This document shows positions 54,900-64,000 of a stretch of DNA of 64,000 bases, piece after piece. The notes under the pieces are model-generated. The model ran no database searches. It was not told where the DNA came from and saw nothing but the letters and a program-made list of their open reading frames with translations. The translations under genes were made by a program, and so were the position numbers. Source of the stretch: Octopus vulgaris (Eukaryota); assembly GCA_951406725.2 (NCBI GenBank), contig OX597816.1, positions 27,776,001 through 27,840,000 on the forward strand. Direction: 5' to 3'. Each line of letters begins with the position of its first letter. Within the stretch, counting starts at the first letter, position 1.

Positions 54900-55763
54900 G
54901 GCGAAGAAGTGGCTGTGTGGTAAGTAGCTTGCTAACCAACCACATGGTTCTGGGTTCAGTCCCACTGCGTGGCACCTTGGGCAAGTGTCTTCTACTATAG
55001 CATCGGGCCGACCAAAGCCTTGTGAGTGGATTTGGTAGACGGAAACTGAAAGGAGCCTGTCGTATATATGTATATATATATAGGGTTTAGCAACGATTTG
55101 CCTCACCACACACCGAATTTAGAAATAGCAGTCAAAGAGTTATAGCTATTCTTTCTACTAAAAGGGAGATCTCAGTAAGACCACAGCACTTGAAAGGCAA
55201 ACACAGACAGGCAAGAGAGAAAGAAATGACGGCAATCTATCATACAATTTTAAGTCACGTACGGACGTACGTTTCGAAATTAAATTTTAGGAAAGCATAA
55301 GAATTAGATAATTATGTCTTACCCAACTTCTTTTCTCATCAGCGTAGGACACTACAATTATGAATAATTGTATATTAAATTTCGAGGTACTAGAAGACAT
55401 CATCTCAACTCAGTATTAGAGCGAGCTAAAGCCGTTACCAGTATCACCAAATTCAAAGTGTGAATGAAAGTTTGTGTCACCAACCCCCTCCCACCAGCGT
55501 GCAGCCAAGACAAGATGTTTATATATATATATATATGTATGTGTGTGTATGTGTTTGTGTATCTGTGTTTGTCCCCCTAGCATTGCTTGACAACCGATGC
55601 TGGTATGTTTACGTCCCCGTCACTTAGCGGTTCGGAAAAAGAGACCGATAGAATAAGTACTGGGCTTACAAAAGAATAAGTCCCGGGGTCGAGTTGCTCG
55701 ACTAAAGGCGGTGCTCCAGCATGGCCGCAGTCAAATGACTGAAACAAGTAAAGGAGTAAAGAG
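54900..55763 (+). mobile_element. SINE family A split at its (TA)n by a ~437-bp HHR-bearing insert (55083-55519)
   Basis: SINE 5' half at 54900-55082 and 3' half at 55520-55763. Confidence 0.9.
55260..55346 (-). ncRNA. Type I hammerhead ribozyme, intact core
   Basis: Minus strand: TACG-CTGATGA-GAAA-(52 nt)-TTTC-GAAAC-GTAC-GTC-CGTA; stem III palindrome ACGTACGT. Confidence 0.8.
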
Positions 55764-56008
55764 TATATATATATATATATATATATACATACACGCACAT
55801 ACAATGTACATGTTTGTGTGTGTGTGTGTATAGGTATGCAACTGATAGTGCAAAAGAATAAGGGAAAGAATGAGAAGACAAAGAGAAGACTAGAAGGCGT
55901 TCATGCATACAGATATTGAAACTGTTGATAGTAGAAAGCTACGTAGTACTTATCATCATCATCATCATCAACATAATCTCTATTATCGTAGCTAACACTA
56001 CCGTCACC

Positions 56009-56009
<1 letters not shown>

Positions 56010-56042
<33 letters not shown>

Positions 56043-56072
56043 GACGACGACGACGACGACCACCGCGCCACC

Positions 56073-56137
<65 letters not shown>

Positions 56138-56141
56138 CAAT

Positions 56142-56188
<47 letters not shown>

Positions 56189-56219
56189 CACCACCACCAC
56201 TACTACCACCACCACCACC

Positions 56220-56272
<53 letters not shown>

Positions 56273-56279
56273 CACCAAT

Positions 56280-56329
<50 letters not shown>

Positions 56330-56336
56330 CACCAAT

Positions 56337-56397
<61 letters not shown>

Positions 56398-56405
56398 ATA
56401 CCACC

Positions 56406-56458
<53 letters not shown>

Positions 56459-56471
56459 CACTACCACCACC

Positions 56472-56505
<34 letters not shown>

Positions 56506-56630
56506 ATACCACCACCACCACCACCACCACCACCACCACCATCACCACTACTACTACTACTACTACCACCACCACCACCACCACCACCACCACCACCACC
56601 ACCACCACCACCACCACAACTACTACTACG
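56010..56630. repeat. (CAC)n/(TAC)n compound repeat with higher-order unit
   Basis: A CAATACCACCAC marker recurs about 5 times between TAC/CAC blocks. Confidence 0.9.
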
Positions 56631-57019
56631 TATAATGAGGAACAAACACTTGAGAAATACACTGGAAATCTTATAAAAACAAAATATAAACAATATCAAA
56701 TGTAAAATGATATAAATAGCAGGCAATGGAGAATTATACACTGGAGAAAGATAAAATATAGATATAAAAACAAAAAAAAAAACAAAAAAAATAATAAAAT
56801 ACAAAAAAAAGTGGAAAATTCGAAAACCAAAATAGCAAAGAATGAAATAACATACTGATAGAATAAGTGAATTATTTGTGTAAGATCTTCCTGTTTTCCT
56901 TCTCTGTCCGTGTTTCAATTCTTCAAAACCTGAAATCACTAAATTCCTTGGATGTTTGTAATTTGTATAGAAGTTAACCTGAATATTAAGCACCTGTGTT
57001 GCTGGAACAAGTAACAAGT

Positions 57020-57160
57020 TTGGTTGTGTGGAATAAGTTTAGTTCATAAGCTCGTGGTTCCCGGTTCAGTCCCAATGCGTAGCACTTCGGTGAGTGTCTT
57101 CTACAATAACCCCCGGCCCGACCAATACCTTCGGAGTAGATTTGGTACCCCGCCGTGTAT
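57020..57160 (+). mobile_element. SINE family A 5' part, diverged
   Basis: Matches the family A head. Confidence 0.7.
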
Positions 57161-57260
57161 ATATATATATACCGGAGTAAACACATAAATGTGAAACAAG
57201 GTGGAAAAAAGAGTACTCAAATACCAGTGGTAGAGTAATATGCTTTATTTAAAGCAGCAG

Positions 57261-57383
57261 AAAATTCAACAAAACCTGTTACTCTGAGTTTTCCGTTGCC
57301 GTTCATCGGACAGTTTTTGCTAGATTCTAGCAAAAACTGTCCGATGAACGGCAATGGGAAACTCAGAGTAACAGGTTTTGTTG

Positions 57384-57389
<6 letters not shown>
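57261..57389. repeat. 64-bp-arm palindrome with a minimal HHR on each strand
   Basis: Centre at 57325. Plus strand 57337-57374: CTGT-CCGATGA-ACG-gcaa-TGG-GAAAC-TCAGA-GTA-ACAG. Confidence 0.85.
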
Positions 57390-57426
<37 letters not shown>

Positions 57427-57538
57427 TATACAAACACACATGTATGTGTGTGTGTGTGTGTGTGTGTAAATGTATATATGTCTGTGTATACGCGCACACG
57501 CACACACACATTTAATAGACATAATGTATAATATGTGT

Positions 57539-58545
57539 ACGAAGCTCGCTTGGAAAGCTCATTGGCTAACGAAGATACATCGAATGTGATCAGATGAAGT
57601 TTATTTTTCAACATAGTCCAAATTTGCTGTCCAATCGCTTCTTCCATCGGTATTGCAGTGATTCGATCCCACCAGGGAAGCTTTCACTCTGTTCCTCAAA
57701 AAAGGGATCATTATTCCGATACTGCATCCCAACCAAATGTTTTTTTCATTTTGAAGAATAGATGATAATCAGATGGGGTCAAATCAAAGGATAGGAGGAA
57801 CGATCAACCAGTTCAAATCTAGTCACGTAAAGCATCCATTTAAACCAAGGACTTGTGTGCAGGAATGGAAGCACTCCGTCGGTTCCGGTTGATCCGATCA
57901 ACGGAACAGCCTGCTCGTGAAATTAACGTGTAAGTGGCTGAGCATTCTACAGACACGTGTACCCTTAACGTAGTTCTCGGGGATATTCAGCGTGACACAG
58001 AGAGTGACAAGGCCGGCCCTTTGAAAAACAACAGAAACAGGAAGTAAGGGTGAGAGAAAGTTGTGGTGAAAGAGTAGAGCAGGGATCACCACCATCCCTG
58101 CTAGAGCCTCATGGAGCTTTAGGCGTTTTCGCTCAATAAACACTCACAACGCCCAGTCTGGGAATCGAAACCGCGATCCTACGACCGCGAGTCCTCTGCC
58201 CTAACCATTGGGCCATTGCGCCTCCACTGTGCAGGAATACTGTCCTAATGAAAGAAGACTACATTCTTTAGTTTTCCTGGGGGTTTGATCTTGATAGCCT
58301 TTCGTAACTGTCTCAGCAAGTTGACATAGTATGCTCCATTGATGGGGTGACGCTTTTGAAGTGAATAAACACAATGCCTTTTGTATCACCTACCCCCACT
58401 AAAACAGCCATCACCTTCCCTGCAAATGAAACGAACTTGGAGCAGCATGAATTGTTTTTTACTTTCTGACTTAGTGATGAACGCAATACTCATCCTGGTT
58501 TAGGAAACGTTGAAGGAAACCAACAGGATCTGCATGAAACAGCAC
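57539..58545 (-). mobile_element. Decayed mariner remnant containing a nested SINE D
   Basis: TACGAAG...TTTATTTTTCAACATAGTC end shared with 61800-62250; PDLTPSDY-like coding remnant on the minus strand. Confidence 0.65.
57866..58227 (-). mobile_element. SINE family D, full length
   Basis: TSD TGTGCAGGAA at 57856-57865 and 58228-58237. Confidence 0.92.
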
Positions 58546-58546
58546 T

Positions 58547-59418
58547 AGATTAAAGTATCCGGACTGTTGCCATTGTAACTAAGTTAAAGCATGCCGCTTG
58601 ACACAGATGGAACTTAAACCCTGCTGTGTATGCACACTACGATTTAACGTTCTAGCTCACTTCCGCTGGTTACAGCAGTGCTTGGAAGGAACGCGTGTAG
58701 CGTGTGATCATCACACTGACCATGCCAGAGAAAGTTGTGCAGAGAATCTGCATCAAATTTTGCTAAAAGCTTCCCGATACTTGCTCAGAGTCCTACGCAA
58801 ACATTTCAGCAAGTTTCATCTTTCTCAACACGCCAAGGAGATCTTGTGCAACCGAAACCCGGGCGTCTTTTTGGTCAGCTGAAAACAGTTTTCAACAAAC
58901 TTGGCAGTCACGTCTCGTACACAAATCTTTAGTGATAATGGACTTCACTGAACTGTAACTAATCTGTACATCTTCTGAAAAATCTACGGATGGTGATTCG
59001 ACGATTTCCCCACACAGCTGCATGCACAGCTGCGATGTCTTTCTCAGTTGTACTGGTTGAGGGTCTCTTAGAACGCTCGTTAATATCTAAATTTTTTCGG
59101 TCATCTTGGAAACGGCTGAACCACTCCTACACTTGTGTGCGGCTCGTACAATCCTCTCCATATACCTTCCGCAATTTTGTGTAGGCATTTGAGCATATAT
59201 CGCCACGACAACGTTCTCTGTCATAGTCAATGCGAAGATTAAACACTACACACCTTCCTTCCAAGCACAGCTGTAAACAGCGGAAGTGAGCTAGTACGTT
59301 AAAACTTAGTGCGCATGCACATCAGAGTTCAAGATCAATCTGTGCCAAGTGGCTTTGCTCTTCATGCTTCAGCTTCGTTACTATGGCAATAGCCTGGATA
59401 CTTTTTGATCACACCTCC
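58547..59418. mobile_element. Mariner derivative made of two inverted 5' ends
   Basis: 58553-58810 (+) and 59170-59418 (-) are homologous 5' UTR/start regions. The minus strand continues into transposase N-terminus remnants (EWFSRFQD, RPST, NRRITIR). Confidence 0.75.
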
Positions 59419-59419
59419 C

Positions 59420-59478
<59 letters not shown>

Positions 59479-59921
59479 TATACATGTATATGTTTAAATG
59501 TATGTGTATATATGTACGTATACACATATATACATGCATGTATGTATATATACATGTATGTATGTATATGTTTGTTTCTATGTATATATATATATATAGA
59601 TGCACATATCCTTTTTACAATATATTCGAGATTTCTTCCGTGTTCTTTCCGTTGCTTACAGATACTTAACTTAGCTCCAATTAACTATTAACAGAAGTGC
59701 AATTTCAATGAAATATTCCTGGTTTTATATGGTTTCAGCTATGTACTGTGAAGCACACATATACACGCATACATACATACATACATACATACATACATAC
59801 ATACATACATACGTATAAACTATATGTATATGCGTATGTCTATCTATCTATCTATCTATCTCCCGTATATTTATATATGTTCGTACATGAATGATCACAC
59901 ACACACACGCACACACACACA

Positions 59922-59984
<63 letters not shown>

Positions 59985-60331
59985 GGTTGTATGAATGTAT
60001 CTATGTGGTTGTGGCTGTGTGCGTGCGTTTGTGTGTTTGTGCTTGTACCTTGATTCCGTTGATTGTTTACACCTGTTTCCTCTCCAAATCTTATCTGTTT
60101 TTATCTCTTGGAGATTGCTTCATTAGAACGCACACCACATCCCTCACCTCATTGGTCTACCACCCTCTTTAACCTCCTCCCCTACGGTGACTCTTATCCA
60201 ATTAGGCCTTTCCCCTCGTTCTTCCTTTCGTTCTCTTTCCTATTATCTCTTTCTCTCTTCCCAATTTTGAACCAATTTGATTCCTCTCTTTGATTACACC
60301 AGCTTTCTTTCATGCATCAAAATCCGCATTT

Positions 60332-60421
<90 letters not shown>

Positions 60422-60671
60422 GAAACGTTTATGCGCACATTCGCACATACAAATACACGCATCATATCTTTTGTTCTCTGGCTCTCATTCTTATTTGGTT
60501 TGCCTTACATGGCTATGTTTCTCTGTAAGCGTGGACATGTACGAGTGTTTGTGTGTGTGAGTGTGTGTTTGGTCATATTTATTTAAATTATGCATATTAG
60601 TTTGACCATACATTATTTCTATTTGTTGTTTATGTCTGAGACACTTGCCTACGGAGATAAGGTATGATACT

Positions 60672-60718
60672 TGTCGTCTTGATGACGTCTACTGAGGCAG
60701 AAACACATGCGAACGACA
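60672..60718 (+). ncRNA. Decayed hammerhead motif
   Basis: TGTCGT-c-TTGATGA-cGTC-tactga-GGCa-GAAAC-ACATGC-GA-ACGACA; 6-bp stem I, cleavage triplet damaged. Confidence 0.45.
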
Positions 60719-61099
60719 GTAATCTTATGACGACAGAGTTAAGCTGTCAACTTTGGAGTACTCTTGTTTATTGAGATTAATTTCCCCTTCTCATCTGATG
60801 AGATGGCAATTACGATACATACTTTAGAAGGGAAGGTAATATTGGTTTCAAATATTCGTGGGGTGGGAGTAAGTCGATTATATCGATCCCAAAAGAATTT
60901 AAGGCAAAGTCGATCTCAGCAGAATGTGTGTGTGTGAGTTTATGTGTGTACACTAAGTTTTATATGAAAAATATGTCTTTTGACATTGTGTGCATATGAT
61001 TGAATCTGCGCTTGCGCGGAGGATTTGAAATATTATAATATATAAGGATAAGACACGTATTCTTTGGTCTCTAATTTATATATTAATCTTTTGGCGTAT

Positions 61100-61167
61100 C
61101 CGCTGATGAGAACTCCGCCTTGAAAATTATTTTATTTGCTAATTAAAGTTCGAAACCTGAGGTCCGG
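61100..61167 (+). ncRNA. Type I hammerhead ribozyme, intact core
   Basis: CCG-CTGATGA-GAACT-(32 nt)-AGTTC-GAAAC-CTGAG-GTC-CGG. Confidence 0.8.
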
Positions 61168-61316
61168 CTGTAAAACATGGTAAAGGCTTTTATTTTTCAT
61201 TCCCTTCGAAATTGCTCTTAACTGTGGTTTGGCCTTTTTGATTGGTCTTTCTAGTATGTTAGGCAACTTTTTAAGGGCTCGCCTCTTTGTGCTTAAATGT
61301 ACATTAACTTTTATCC

Positions 61317-61386
<70 letters not shown>

Positions 61387-61517
61387 GAATATATGTGTGT
61401 GTATGAAAGTATATATGTGAGAGTGTGTTTGTGTAGAGAGAGAGAGAGAGATAGAGAGATAGAGATAGAGAGAGTGAGAAAGAGAGAGAGAGAGAGAGAG
61501 ATAGAGATAGGGAGCGT

Positions 61518-61560
<43 letters not shown>

Positions 61561-61649
61561 AATTTAAATAACCAAACAATAAAATTAACATTAACAAACA
61601 ACAGCAGGGCGTGCACAAGTAATGTTTGACGCTCAGTAAAAAAGGAGTG

Positions 61650-61682
61650 TTTGACGTTTCAAGCATAGCTCTTCGTCTGAAA
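61650..61682 (-). ncRNA. Minimal hammerhead motif (U4->A)
   Basis: Minus strand: TTT-CAGACGA-A-GAGC-tat-GCTT-GAAAC-GTC-AAA. Confidence 0.55.
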
Positions 61683-61801
61683 GGAGAAAGGGGAAAGTTA
61701 AAAAAAAACGAAATCGCCAACAGTACGTGTGTAGTTACATTACTAAATATATACATCTACATATATGTATATGCGTGGGTGTGGGTGCCTGTGTGTGTGT
61801 A

Positions 61802-62250
61802 CGAGGTTTGAGTAAAAGGTTCATAGGCTGGCCAAATTATTCAAATGGAATGGGACCAAAAGAGGTTTATTTTTCATCATGGTCCCCCTTGCGGTCCACA
61901 CACGCCTTCCATCGGTGTTGCATTGCTTCAATCCCAGTGGTAAAGAAGCCTTAATCATGTTGATCAAATAGCGCATCACCTAGGTATGATGTCATCATCA
62001 CTGTGATACTGCTTCCCAGTCAAGTGTTATTTCATGTTGAGAAACATATGGTTGTCAGATTGGGGCAAATCAGATGATTTATAGAAGCTGAGCAACAAGT
62101 TCAAAGCCAGTCACGTACATCAGCCATTGAAAACAAAGACTTGTGTATTGGAACATTGTCTTGATGAAACAGCCCCTTTCCTCAGTTTTCTTGAGCTTTT
62201 GGTCTCGACAGCCTTTGGTAATTACCTCAGGAAGTTTGCATATTTTCTGC
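61802..62250 (-). mobile_element. Decayed mariner 3' end
   Basis: TA|CGAGG terminus; homologous to 57539-57860. Confidence 0.65.
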
Positions 62251-62254
62251 TACT

Positions 62255-62612
62255 CTAGTCTCGGGCCAACTAAATCCTTGTAAGTGGATTTCGTAGACGG
62301 AAACTGAAAGAAGCGCGTCGTATATATATTTATATGTGTGTGTGTGTGTGTGTGTATGTGTGTGTGTATGTCTGTGTATATGTTTGTGTCCACCCCACTA
62401 TCGCTTGTCCCCCACCATCGTTTGTACCCCACCATCGCTTGACAACCGATGCTAGTGTGTTTACGTCTCCGTAACTTAGCGGTTCGGCAAAATAAAACGA
62501 TAGAATAAGTAGCAAGCTTACAAAGAATAAGTCCTGAGTTCGTTTTGCTCGACTAAAGGCGGTGCTCCAGCATGGCCGCAGTCAAATGACTGAAACAAGT
62601 AAAATAATAAAA
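62255..62612 (+). mobile_element. SINE family A, 5'-truncated
   Basis: Matches family A; internal triplication of CCCCACCATCGCTTG. Confidence 0.88.
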
Positions 62613-62648
<36 letters not shown>

Positions 62649-62712
62649 TCGTCCGTGTGTTAACTTGGGCTTCCCAAGGACAATGTAAACTTCATCTAAT
62701 CAAGATACTCTT

Positions 62713-62798
62713 GGTCTGAAGAGTAGCCTGTGGTATACACCTCTCACCTGGATATTTACCACTTCCGTGGTTCTACTTGCTATGAAACATATGTAGCC
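62713..62798 (+). ncRNA. Type I hammerhead ribozyme, intact core, in a (TA)n-flanked insert (62646-62830)
   Basis: GGT-CTGAAGA-GTAGC-(51 nt)-GCTAT-GAAAC-ATAT-GTA-GCC; stem III palindrome ACATATGT. Confidence 0.78.
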
Positions 62799-62828
62799 CG
62801 GATTTTATCTACTCCATTCCTTAATTCT

Positions 62829-62885
<57 letters not shown>

Positions 62886-62892
62886 GTATATA

Positions 62893-62940
<48 letters not shown>

Positions 62941-64000
62941 TATGCATTTATACACATCTTACTGTCTGAATTTGGAAACGTCTTTCGAAATTACTCTAAG
63001 GTATTGCGTTTCGTTTACAGAAGGGAAATTAAGGGTTGGGTTACCTGTGGGTTCAAACAACAACAACAGCAACCACCACCACCACCGCCACTACCTCCAA
63101 GACCACCGCCATCTTTGTACCTTTATATCTTCTATTAAAAATTTGCCATTTTTTTCTGCTTTTTCTACACCCACCGCATTTTTCTATTTCTCCACCCTCT
63201 TTCATTCCTTCACTCTCTCTTTCTCCCTTTCTTTCGTTTCTTCGTTTCTTTCTTTCTTTCTTCCTTCCCTTCTTTCTTTCTTTGTTATCTTATTTTCTAT
63301 CATCCACCTATTTGAAATTATATTTATTTATCTTTTCCTACTTTGCTCATCGTTTGCTCCATTAATTTCGAATTACCCACCGCTTCGCATTCACCTCTCT
63401 TACACTTTCTCCTTTTGTTTTTGATATCCACTACCTCTTACCCTTTCTTTTCCTACGCTCATCGTCTCCTTTTATATCCCCTTTCTTTTCTTCTCTCTGG
63501 TTTTCTCTCACACAGTCTTTTTATATTCTCATCTATTCATTTCCTCTCTTCATTGTAAGCCATATTATCTACACACACATATCTACTCTTCCTTTATCTT
63601 TCCTTCATTAGACTATCTTTTTCCAACAATACATCCTTTCTATATATATATATATATACATAAACCACCACACCTGCATCACCACAATAACAAATTTCCA
63701 GGGTATTGTCCTTGGTATAAACAGTCTAATGCTGATATTGTTGTTTGTGTTGTACCAGCAGACTTGAATCTCGAGCCTTCAGAAACATCAAAGACATTCT
63801 AATTTTGAATAGCCCATATTTTTCTCAAATCCGGTATTATGTATCTAGGACTATATGATACAATGTTTCCTTTTAACTCTATATAGGCATTTCTCTTTGC
63901 ATTTAGTTTATGGGAGTATTATGGCCCGTTCTGTTTTTCATGCTGCCTCTCTATTATTCGAATAGTGTTCAGTCATTATTCGGTAGTCTTCAAAAGCTGT

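Noticed and set aside
60791-60806. CTGATGA in a small hairpin (also 48957-48963 minus and 35156)
   Set aside because: No correctly placed GAAA strand or cleavage strand.
63680-64000. Possible decayed retroelement ORF on the minus strand (also 53450-53860 and 39940-40170)
   Set aside because: Similarity too fragmentary to assign without a profile search.

Overview
Eukaryotic, AT-rich, repeat-saturated non-coding DNA (intergenic or deep intronic). It is most consistent with an octopus/cephalopod genome, inferred from the tRNA-derived SINE families and the extreme microsatellite density. No host exon can be supported, and almost all ORF-track entries are microsatellite translations. Recognisable content: four SINE families (about 30 copies); one near-intact DD34D mariner; one full-length decayed Tc1; several mariner and Tigger remnants; non-autonomous Helitrons; RTE and R4/Dong LINE fragments; and many Penelope-like (PLE) pieces. 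The main hidden signal is a dense set of hammerhead ribozyme (HHR) motifs: about 9 near-complete type I cores plus several half or decayed ones, nearly all with a self-complementary stem III. Two stand out. One sits at the tip of a ~350-nt rod-like hairpin flanked by a 13-bp direct repeat (19.5-19.9 kb). The other is a repeat family (8.5 kb and 49.9 kb) whose HHR strands lie in an order matching none of types I/II/III, implying a triply pseudoknotted hammerhead. All calls were made by eye; boundaries of decayed elements are approximate.
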